Shown here one piece after another: positions 12,201 to 23,400 of a stretch of 64,000 bases of DNA (positions are counted from its first letter, which is position 1; every line of letters begins with the position of its first letter). Both the position numbers and the translations under genes were made by a program. Location: the NCBI GenBank assembly GCA_049724395.1, contig JAUGWO010000139.1, positions 1 through 64,000 on the forward strand, read 5' to 3'. This stretch comes from Spongospora subterranea f. sp. subterranea. Its lineage: Eukaryota. The notes beneath the pieces were generated by a model. That model searched no databases. It saw only the letters and a program-made list of their open reading frames with translations, and was not told where the DNA came from.

Positions 12201-12896
12201 GGTCCAACTCGACCTTTGTACGGAGTGTAACTTTCATGGTTGCGCAGCAAAATGACTGTACAGACTGGACATGGACAACAACTGCGTAGACCTTGATCCA
12301 TCAGTGTATCTATGCCGACTTGCGCTATTTTGCGAAAGTGAATTCAAAACTTAACATAACGTTCACAAAATAAGGCAATTTTTGGCCACTTTCAATGCTA
12401 ACTTGATCACATTTTCAATTTATTTTGTGAATTACGGTAACATCAAAATGTGGATGCTGTTTTTTTGTTGAGTACGGTAAACGTTTTCTTGACTGTCGGC
12501 GATATAGGTGCTGAATCTTCTCGTGGCAGTGCTCCACGTGCTCACTGACCACTCCTTGGTTTTGAAAAGGGCTAACAGCCTAGACACGTAAACGCCGATT
12601 AGAGGTCTCTTGGATTTGAATTTCGTATTGCCAGCCACCTATGCAGGTGAACGCCACACAGTGCAGGCGGGAGTGGCGATGCGGCGACGCCGCAATCGCC
12701 TTCCGATGTGCGCCGGCCTGTATATAAGAGTTGTCCCTGTACGCCACACACCGTAGATAGACCAACTTGTCTTTGATGGTGAAGTACGCTGGAATTCTGA
12801 TTCCCTTAGGGTGCTGCATCGCTCGCGGATTGAGGCGCTGCGCTCCTTGTATCCTGCACTGATATGAAGGTAATCGTCAATGAGAAACAACAAAAA

Positions 12897-12969
12897 GCCC
12901 GTGTGTTCTAGTGGTTCATGATGTGAGACTTTGAATCTCGATGCCAGGGTTCGAATCCCTGCATGGGCT
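12897..12969 (+). tRNA. tRNA-Gln (TTG)
   Basis: Acceptor GCCCGTG/CATGGGC, anticodon arm TGAGA-CT-TTG-AA-TCTCG, T arm CAGGG-TTCGAAT-CCCTG, downstream T-runs. The D stem is weak (T10-T25). Confidence 0.88.
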
Positions 12970-14831
12970 TTGTTTTGATTTTGCCTCTCTAGGTACAAAT
13001 GTTGTTGTCTGAACCTGGATTCTGATTTTTATGGACTCTTGGAAATGTTTTGATCAATCAAAGAAAAAGTGAGTGGTTCGACATCATCGTTCGCACTTTA
13101 GTGGCGGGTGGCAGCATCTTCATAAGTCTGAATTTTAATGTTCAAAATCGATAAATCCATTGAAGTGTCTCAAAAGTGATATTCTGTCAGTTTTTGTTAT
13201 TTGACTGGTGGGTTATTGTTGATCTGCATCATCGACGTACACTTCCGAATTCGAGTTTACGTTGAAGCTCTCAAGCAAAATGATGGAGGATAACGCTGCG
13301 TGGCGTCATTTCACATGCTGTGTGTCTAATCATGCCTTTTTCGAAGACGCGCCCATACTGCTTATTCTTGGCCAGGTATCGCAGAATAGGGACTGCAGTA
13401 TCCCGGTGCTCTTCAGCCGGTATCGCCACGAATCGCGACAATTGCCAAATGTCCGATATATCCAAGAAGTTCACGGTACGGGATACTTGTTGCCTGGGCA
13501 TTTCCCTTCCAGGAGGAGGTAAAGACAACGTTGCAAGCGATTTAAAACAATGGATTTTGGACATGCACGCTGGCTTTTAAGAATATGCTTGATGCAGACC
13601 TCATCAGCGTAAATTCTAGACCAGACACAATACTTGCGAGACGAGTTCGCACGGTTTTGACATCACATCACGAAGGCTTCGAAACTCGCACGCCAACTGC
13701 CTGCCAAGGTACGGATTCATCGAGCGATGGACGATCAGGCAACTTGTATGCCTGATCATGACCTTCTAGGATGCATCGGGCATTTGGCAATTAGTGCATT
13801 GTCGCCATTCGTGGCGCTGCCGACTCTGGAGCACTTGAATGCTGCAATACATGTTTTGCGAAACCTGCCATTGGCGCTGCACGAGGCTGAGGGCGCTGCT
13901 TTGTGAGAAAGGTCGACGCTGAAGTTCCCAAGCGAGATGATGAGGACAACGCTGCGGGGAAAGCAACGCAGAGTCAGTCGGCGTGACAGCTGCGATCAAG
14001 CGCAACGATGGATCGGCAAAGATCGTGACGGTGTCAAGTCGACAGAATCCGGGCGATGACGAAAGCGCCGACTGTGAAGTCCTTGTAGGTCATGATAGAG
14101 ACAGCGACACAAGAATTCGATTTCGACAGCAATTGCAAAATACCTGTTCGGTTGCTCCTGAGATATTGGTCATGTTCATGCAGAATTTCTCTCTTAATAA
14201 ATATGGAAAAGAAGCGCTTTACTTGTTTGCGCTCAGTTATGCGGTTAATCCAGAATCACAAACACGATCAGACACGACCGCGCGCTTCTTCGACTCGGGA
14301 TTTGTCAATATCGAGAGCTGCCTCTGACCTATTCTTATCTGTTCAAACGCAGAGGTCGGCCTATTTATCATCGCAAGAAGTTAACAGGAACAGATGGCGC
14401 TGCTGAAAAAGATGACTGCTTCAGGATCGGTTTTGATAAAGGAGCGACCGAAATCGGTTCACAATGAGATTGTACAGGTTGTTGCCTTTCCGATCTTCAT
14501 AAACAAGTTGTTGGGGCAAGTGATGCTTTCTATCTATGCCAGTGTTGTTAAACAATGTTCGATGTTTTGCAGTTATTGGTTGGGTCGCAGCTCAATTTTA
14601 CCAAAAACAAAACACTTCCTCATTACCACGTTTGCAAAAACACTAACCAGATACTGCGTTTAAAGGACAATTCAATCTATGCGATTACGAAGAAATCAAA
14701 GAGTTTTCGAGCAAGCGTCAAAGCCAATACGCTGGCTATTATTTTAAGCTTTAAAGTAAAAAATGCAACTTATGTAGCAGCTGATTGGCGGCAAAACGAG
14801 TCAGAGAACGACTTCAACAACAAAAAACTAA

Positions 14832-14915
14832 TCCCCCCTACCCGGGTCGAACGGGTGACCTGAGCATGACAGTCAATTCTACAGTGCCCCGCTCTTCCAA
14901 CTGAGCTAAGGAGGG
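14832..14915 (-). tRNA. tRNA-Tyr (GTA) with 11-nt intron, copy 1
   Basis: CCCTCCT/AGGGGGG acceptor with C1-G72 and A73, D arm GCTC-AGTTGGAA-GAGC, anticodon arm GGGCA-CT-GTA-G[AATTGACTGTC]A-TGCTC, T arm ACCCG-TTCGACC-CGGGT. Confidence 0.93.
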
Positions 14916-14986
14916 AATATTGTTATGATAAAAAGTGCAGTCTTCATTGAAAAAGATTCCGGGAATAATCGAGCATCTAAAAAAAA

Positions 14987-15070
14987 TCCCCCCTACCCGG
15001 GTCGAACGGGTGACCTGAGCATAACAGTCAATTCTACAGTGCCCCGCTCTTCCAACTGAGCTAAGGAGGG
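14987..15070 (-). tRNA. tRNA-Tyr (GTA) with 11-nt intron, copy 2
   Basis: Identical to copy 1 except the last intron base; followed by a poly-T terminator on the minus strand. Confidence 0.93.
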
Positions 15071-16302
15071 TTGTTACATGATCGCCCTCGCACTCAATCA
15101 CTCAATATCGTAGTCGGAATTCATCAGCTGATCAAGACCAGTTGCTGTCGTCTCTGCGTTTATTGATCGAGAAACGGGTCGTCGTTGAGGCGGTTCTGTA
15201 CTCGCCGTATTGTTCAGAAATCTCGAAACTTGGGGTGAAAGGACAACCTTCTTGATGGTACCACCGAACAAAGGTGCAGCAATGGGCGGAAATGCTTCAG
15301 TAGTTGTCGCAGACTTTGTCTTAGCAGCAATAGAAACTCAAATCTTCAATGGTTAAACAACCACTGAAGATAGGCGATAGGCCATTATTATATCGTCGTT
15401 ATGGTTGATTATACCCTCAACCCAAATCAAAAACGTCGTCGCAAAATCAAATTTTCGCAAAATGCTTGGTTTTTATATATAACAATTCGGCTCCGAGGTT
15501 AACTTTTCAGGTATAACCGTATCTAAAGGGGAAGGATGTGGAGTGTTTGACAAGCTCGATATTAAACCTCACAAAACGCCCACAAACAAGCGCAACACAC
15601 ATGGTGCACATCATACAACAAGCCTGAGCTGTCAAACTGAAACAAACATTCAGTCAGGAAATGGTCACCGTAAAATAACCTATTCAAAGCTGGCTATCCT
15701 AGAGCTAGCATTCCCTCGAACTCGAACTTGAAATATAAATTTTCAGAGATAGGAATTAGATGCTTGACAAAACAGACAAAATAGATGACATCTGGTACTG
15801 CATCAACACACGACCCGTCATGAACACGAGATGTGGAACTTTATTCAAAACATTTTTGAGCCGTCATTGAAATACCACAATGTCAAAGTCACAAGGTCGC
15901 ACCTTATATTGGACGCAGTCAATCATTGCTCCAAGGAAATCGTCGAGGGCAATTCAAATGAAAGGCAAATCGCTAAGAACATGCGATACCTTAATATGGC
16001 TTCTTAGCGCGATCGGCAACTCAAATTACAGAGATTGCATAAACTCAAATTTTCGAGAAAATCACATTCATACCAGAATTTTGCTTCTCGAGCATTGAAT
16101 AGATTATTGAGATATGAATACTCCCAAAAACTTACGCGAACAAATTACAGGGGATATGTCAAGCGCTCCAACAACTGCTAATTCCTCATCGGGTGACACT
16201 GGCATTCGTCTTGAATCTACGATTGAGAAGAGACCCTCGTTAGGTTGAAAACGGACTTACAAATGGACGTCGTATTTTCTCAAACCACCAAGGAAAAGGA
16301 CG

Positions 16303-16358
16303 GCAACCGGCGCGGTGGCCTGATGAGCCGAAGGCGAAACCAGGTCGCGTTGGGTTGG
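16303..16358 (+). ncRNA. Candidate minimal type I hammerhead ribozyme
   Basis: CTGATGA (16320-16326), stem II GCC-GAA-GGC, GAAA (16336-16339), near-palindromic stem III ACCAGGT, GTC cleavage triplet (16344-16346). Stem I is irregular. Confidence 0.6.
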
Positions 16359-16975
16359 CTGGCAAAGAGGACATTATGATCACTGATCAACCATCCCTGA
16401 TTGTCATCGCACCGATAACAAGACGTGTAGCCACGCTTGGAATAGAACGGTTGCCCAGTCCAGGAAGGCTCTGTCCAATTCGTGGCTAACAGACATGCAC
16501 GAGAACCGCCGCCAAGCCACCCGCGTCCAACTCCCTTCCCTCGATCGTGTCTGCCCATGTTCAGCACCCGCAGAGGCGGCAACAACATGTCCCAGCTGTT
16601 CCCAGTACGCCGCCCTCCTCTCCACGCTGATCGAGGGCGAGATTCGACCAAGCCCAGCCTGCCAGATCACGAGAGAGATGATCGGGTTTCATGTACCAGA
16701 AGTCGAAGTTGACGCTCACGCGGGCCGATGTCAACGCGCCGATCTACACATCCTCGGGCAACCGAACACCTGAGGTTCGTCGCTCATACTACGGTCCACA
16801 ATTTACTATCGTCAGGGTTCGCAGAATGCGATTTATCGAAGGGTCATGGCAAACAGGAATAATATATCAAACTTCTAAATTGTTTTTATACGTATAGCAG
16901 GAAATGTCGTGCCTTGATAGGTTTCAGATTATGAACTATGGTGCCAAATATTCGGTTGTGGCGATCAATCTTGAC

Positions 16976-18227
16976 CTATTGTGAGTTGAACGGCGTAGGC
17001 TGTGGCGACGACAACGAGCGGCTTGTACCATTACTTCTGACATCGGACAAGGCGCCCTTCTCCTGCACGACGTTATGGAAAACCCGTCGTGACTTTCGAC
17101 GATGGCGCTGGCACAGTTTTGAATCGCGGCGCCGGTCGTAGGTCACTCAATCCGTGGGCGAATCGGCATTTGTGCTCGTATGGGCACGAACCGGATTGGG
17201 AATAGGTTCGGCAGATCGCCGTCTTGAACAGCTGCGGATTGCAGATCGTCTTCTTGGCGTCGGCCGAATGATAGGGATCATCCACAGACCCGTCGCCGAC
17301 GGCGGGCGCCAAGCTCACCTGGATCGCCCTCATATCGTGGGAGATGATGGGAACCTGATGGGTCGATATCGAGCGGATCGCGGTTGGGACCGAATACGAG
17401 CCGGTGTCCTCGTCGGACGGCAGGACGATGGCATCGGTCGCGGCGCGAAGCTGTTCGATCCCGTGCGCGAACTGGCATTGACTTCCGTAATCGCAAGTAC
17501 CCGATTGTTGGAACTGGCGACACAATTCAGTTTTGTACGTGCGCCGATCGCGGATGAATGTGGATCGTCGCGGGGCGTGATGCTCTTTCGAGACCTGATT
17601 CGATTCCTCGGTCTTATTGCTGTGGGATCGACTCAGATTGCGACTGGGGATACGCGAAACGGGCTGGATTGAGGCCGACTTCTTTCGCAGCTGCTGCGAT
17701 CCATGGGCGAACTGACAGCTCGCCCCGTATGGGCAAAACCCGATCGTGGAGAACGTTCGGCACAGCTCAGTGTGGTAAAGGCTGCGATTGGTTGGGCTGG
17801 CCTGTCGATCGTAGAACACCTTAGCATGAGGGAAACTGCCCCAACGACTCAACAGCGGCATCTTCTGGGCGTCCCGGTCGCTGCTGTTGAAGCTGGCAGA
17901 CCGGCCCTTTCCCAGGCCGGGCAAGAAGCTGGACGCGTCGCTGGTGGGGTGCAGGAATATCTGCTTCGGGATTTGCTGTGGCTTTTGGTGCTGATGCTGG
18001 CCTTCATAACTGAATGGCGACACGGCATGCGGTTCGGTATGTGTCTGAACAGACGACGACCGACGCAGATCGTCTGATCCATGAGCGAATGCACATTGAT
18101 CGCCATATTCACAAGTCGCATTTGCCATAAATGTCCGACACAGCGACGTTTTGAACCTTCTTGGATATATGAGTACTTTCCGCGAATCAGATGCCGCCAG
18201 ATGCGACGCGTCTACAATATTCGGCAT
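16976..18227 (-). CDS. Tandem CCCH zinc-finger (tristetraprolin/ZFP36-like) RNA-binding protein
   Basis: Four (F/Y)(K/H)T..C-x8-C-x5-C-x3-H fingers in ORF 17073-18374. Probable start MPNIVD at 18227 and a probable short terminal intron. Confidence 0.9.
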
Positions 18228-18588
18228 ACTATCCCCCAAACACACACACGAACTCAGCACGATAAGAGAAGCAATATGGTATTGACGTAGGACTTGATCG
18301 ATGGTTGTGATTAGGGACACGCGCTTGAGAAAAGGGCACGCGCGACCGTCCCGCAAAGACGTCATTCGGGTCACCGATATCTGGACCAGGTCGCCATCGA
18401 CATGATACTTGCCGTCGGACCTGGTTGACCAATTATTATCAATTGCTGGAGGGATTATAGGACCCTTTCCGAAGCACGTATCACTTTCGTTTAGATCGAC
18501 ATCAACGACACCAAATCATATACGGTAGGACAATGTAGGTAAGATTTTATTCCAAGCACAAATCGCCAAGTCCATGGGCACTTCTCCA

Positions 18589-19865
18589 TCAATATTTAAG
18601 CTGTTTAGGTTGTTCCCAGGTGAAGCTCTTCTCGTTACGACCGAAATGGCCATACGCTGAAGTCTGGACATAAATCGGGCGCTTCAGGTCCAGTTCGCGA
18701 ATAATGGCACCGGGACGTAAATCAAAGTTGTTCTCGACGATTTTGAGCAGATTGTCGTCGGACTGCTTTCCGGTGCCATAGGAGTCGACGAAGATAGATA
18801 GAGGGTGTGAGACACCAATGGCGTATGAGAGTTGAACTAGAGCGCGCGCGTTCAGTTGTGGTGAAATTTCTGAAAGTCATGGACCAACCTAATACACGGC
18901 TAGCGAGACCGGCGGCGACCAACGATTTAGCGACCCATCGAGCGGCGTATGCTGCTGAACGATCGACCTTGGTTGGGTCTTTACCGGAGAAAGCACCGCC
19001 TCCATGGGCGCCCCATCCTCCATAGGTATCAATGATGATCTTACGGCCGGTCAGACCAGCGTCGCCATGGGGTCCTCCAATAACGAACCGACCCGATGGG
19101 TTTAAGTGGTAAACGGTGTCGTCGTCAAGGTACTTTTCCGGAATCACGTATTTGATGACATGTTCACGAAGATCGGATACGATCTGTTCGAACGGATTAG
19201 TGAAAATGAGCTGAATTTCGTGTTGAAACCTGCTGTACCTGTTCCTGGGTGACGTCTTCAGTGTGTTGGGTCGAGATGACGACCGTGTGAACACGAACTG
19301 GTTTCACGTGGCCGTTCTCTTCCTCGTACTGGACCGTGACCTGGGTCTTGCCGTCGGGGCGTACCCAAGGAAGGATTCCTTTCTTGCGAACTTCGGTCAA
19401 TCGGGCTCCGAGTTTCGTGGCAAGGACGTGGGTTAGGGGCATGTATTCGGGGGTCTCATCAGTGGCGTAGCCAAACATGTGACCCTGATCGCCGGCACCG
19501 ACATCGTCTTCGCTGCGATTCTCATGCACACCCTGAGCAATGTCTGGGCTCTGCTCCTCAATGGCGACAACGACGTTCATCGTCTTGTAATCGAGTCCCT
19601 TCTTCTCGTCGTCGTAGCCGACGGATTTGGCCGCGTCTCGAACGATCTGCTCTAGGTTGATTTTGGCAGTGGTGGAGATCTCACCGAAGATCATGATCAT
19701 GTTGGTTTTGGTTGCCGTTTCACAGGCGACTTTGCCATCGGGATCGGCCGCTAAAACAGCGTCCAAGACGGTATCGGAAACACGATCGGCGAGTTTATCA
19801 GGATGCCCTTCATTGACACTCTCGGACGTGAACAGATAGGTTTTCTTCTTTTGCTGTTCAACCAT
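18589..19865 (-). CDS. MAT: S-adenosylmethionine synthetase (canonical MAT type), 3 exons
   Basis: [54 protein letters not shown] and YGHFGR; two introns of about 50 nt. Confidence 0.97.
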
Positions 19866-20479
19866 CGTGTGTGTATCCCCCGGCTGGCCTGGTTTCGATG
19901 GAGGAACAAAGCAATTAGGCTTATGACCACAGAGACGAGCTACGACCGAGTGATAGGCAACACCCCAACAGGAGCGTGCAGTGTGGCCGGGTGGCCAATT
20001 GGACAAGTGCGCCGCGCCGGGTCCTCGCACTAATGAGTTCGGCCACTTAACAGTGTCCGGGCCACTTTTGACAGTGGGGGTTACCTGGACATGCAGTGTG
20101 TGACCTGGTGGCAGTTGGCCAACTGCCAATGGCCATCCCCCGGCCTTCCCCGGCCTTCCTCGGATTCGGAATTTCATCGCAGACTTGGGACTTGGCATAT
20201 ATTTCCCGTGCCGAAACATCAGGGCTCGTTGATTCTCTAAAACCAGGTGTCACTAAACTCGTGTATTTCAGCAAGAAGGCCTTAGTTTGCTCAGTTTCAT
20301 TTGCCAAGATCATCTACATGCGTTGGCACGTTCACACTAGCTCTGCGATTGTGAAAATGATTAGGTTCCAATAAATTCATATAGTGCCTGACGACTATGT
20401 TTAACACGGCTACTTGACTCTTTGTATTCCATCAATATCGATCATTATAGGTAATGCTTCGATGAAGGCACTAACGGAT

Positions 20480-23400
20480 TGTTCAAAGCAATTAAGTTCA
20501 TTTATGTGGTTGCCATCCATAACGGCACCAGGCGCATCTGGCTCAAGTCACTGAGCAGTCAAATTCGGACGTACCATTCGGCAATCACAGAAAATACATA
20601 TCAGTTTACAGACATACGAGCGACGCGAAGTCAGTTTCCGTATATATTGCACGAGCCCACAGAACAGCGGTGCTGTTATGGTCAACACTAATCTGACTCC
20701 GACATGTGCTGAGCTATAGCTGGAGCACATCTGGTTGACCCAATGTACCGAATTCTGTAAAGGTGAACGCATAAAATATCGTACACACGAGGAATACAAA
20801 AACGCAACAAATGGGATTTAAGAAATAAAACGTATTTACCTTGATCATCATGACAAGCAGTTTCTATTGGCAACACCCAAGAATCACATTGAATGTTTTG
20901 ACCGTCTGTGTCATGCGAAATCTATGAAACAGCGAACACGCTGGCCATTTTGGCATTCGTGTTCCAAAAGGTGTGCATTAACATCTTGCAAGATAGCTTG
21001 ATATCCTCGGTTCTAACGACTGTCAAGGTTGGACTTGACCGCGGTCGCCTCCGTTCTGATGACTGCCGATGGCGCTAGTAGCACTGTTCGCTCGATAAAC
21101 ATGTACTAGTTTGACTCTATTAGCGTGTTGATGACCATCCTGATGTTACAGCAATGTATTCTCTGCTTAGCGATGAATGTTGATAATAAAGGGGAGTTTC
21201 TTATATAAGGTCCCGATCCGAGGTTGTCTTGTGGTTCATGATCGGTGATAACGAATCAATGGGCCAATCTGCAGTCATGGATTCCCCCACCGTCTTGAGC
21301 GGATACCACTGAAACCTGAGTGAAATTGGCGAAAAAGTTATTGAGTATTTTGCGATGTCTACGTTTATCACAAAAATATCATCAACGACAAGCGGTCCAT
21401 AGTTTGAAACCAAGCCATCCTCAAAACAAACGAGATCAACACAAGTTCTCATGATTTCATAATAAAGCCCATGTTCATAACCGTATTTCACAAAAAATGT
21501 CTGAGCCCACTTGTAAAAGTGGCCATAAAATTCGCTTTATTTTTGTGAATATTTTGTCAAGTTTTGGATTCACTTTCACAGAATTGGCCACGTCGGCATA
21601 GATACACTGAACATGTATATTGCACAGTGCGCTTTAACTCGCTGCTACACGTGGATGGGGGAACGGGAAGGGTTGGACGATTGTGATTTTACAGCAGGGG
21701 GAACGAGGGGATATTTTCTTTCCGTTTCTTTTTCTTAGCTGGTGCTTGGATTGTTTTTTGTTTTCCGGCTCTGAATCGGACATTATTAAACAAAAAACAC
21801 TCTAAGCCAGCTAAGACAAGACACGGAAAGAAACAACATCCCCTGCTGTTATACACTGGCGATCCGAACTCTCGGAATCTGGCTAAATATGATATGCCGA
21901 GACGTCTCTTTCAAAAGCGTCAACATCAAACGCACTGCGAGTGCTTCGGAAATACTCCAAATACACCAGTCAGTTTATTTATAAGCGATGGATGGGCAAG
22001 ATCATTAACGATGTTACGTGTTTCCTTTTATCTATATTGCGTGTGTTGAAAGAATGTCGTTTACATAATACATGCTCGAGCAAGTTTAAAACAAATGTTT
22101 ACCCTCCATTGGTATTATTTCGGACCAGAGGAAGTATAATTTATAGCATATGCGGAACTTTACATTCCCCGTTGGAAGTCGAAAAAATGTATCCAGAGTT
22201 TTGGTATCCCAAATTAGCTTTTCAATATGCATAGATTGCCCATTCATAGATCTATAAGCTGGCACCATATTTGGATCCGGACGCGCGCAGGGTGATTGTG
22301 AATCGCCTATTGCAACCCTGTACGGATATTGTTTGATATTGTTCATCTATTTTTTTTACGGTACGTAAGTGATCAAACCGTGCAAAGTGATCACCATTCA
22401 ATCCTCCCCTTTCCGTCACTGGCAATGGGACTCTTGTAATGTCCATGGGAACAGCTTCTGACAGATCACGCTTCTTAATTTATTTGGATATTCAGCGGCA
22501 CTGGTTAGTATCGCTGTTGTTATTTTTTTTCAGAATGTTTATAAGCTCACTTCACAGATGATGGATACAGGATTTGCAATTGTGTGGCGTTCATTGTTTC
22601 ATATGGTTGTTATCATCACATCGCTGATGATCGTTATTTCGGCAGTGGTCGCCGTTGGCGGATGCGTATGCGTCAATTGTGTTAAGGTTTGCCACCAACT
22701 AAATTCTGATTGATGCCCGAGCTGACAGAGATCATGGAAGAGTCATTTCGCAAGTGGATGGATTGTTTGCCATCCCTTGATTATCTATACAGGTTGCTTC
22801 GCGAAAGGGACCAGTTAGGATTGTTATCTTCACAGCAAAAAAACTATGAATATGTTGGCAACAACCCATCCACTTGCAAAATGACTCATCTCTATCAGCT
22901 CGGGCATCAGCACTTAGCTAATGGCGATCCTTGATACAGTTGACGCTTACGCGACTGCCAACGGCGACCACTGCAGAGATAACAATCATCAGCGATGTGA
23001 TGATAACAACCATACGAAACAATGAACGCCACCGCGCCATTAGGATCGCTCCTGCAAATCCAGTATCGATCTTCTATGAAGTGAACATTAACAACAACGA
23101 TACTAACCAGTGCCGCTCAATATCCAAATGAATTCAGAAGCGTGATCTGTCAGGACTCAGGTGTTCCCATGGACATGACACGAGTGTGACGGAAAGGTCC
23201 TAGACTGTAGGCACGCATTGTTACAAGCTGTTACAAGAGTCCCATTGCCAGTGACAGACTGTAGGAACGCATTGTTACGACAGTCCCATTGCCAGTGACA
23301 GACTGTAGGAACGCATTGTTACGACAGTCCCATTGCCAGTGACAAAAAGGGGAGGATTGAATGGTGACCACTTTTGATCAGTTTGCACGGTTTGATCACT

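Noticed and set aside
12897..12969. Similarity of tRNA-Gln and tRNA-Lys acceptor stems suggesting an anticodon switch
   Set aside because: The D and T arms differ substantially, and the similarity is within what unrelated tRNAs show.
19184..19238. Possible METTL16 or SAM-feedback motif in MAT intron 1
   Set aside because: TACAGCAGG does not match UACAGARAA and no supporting hairpin or riboswitch was seen.
19866..20219. Long N-terminal extension of SAM synthetase in the ORF track
   Set aside because: Homology starts at [16 protein letters not shown]. The extension is GC-rich upstream DNA.
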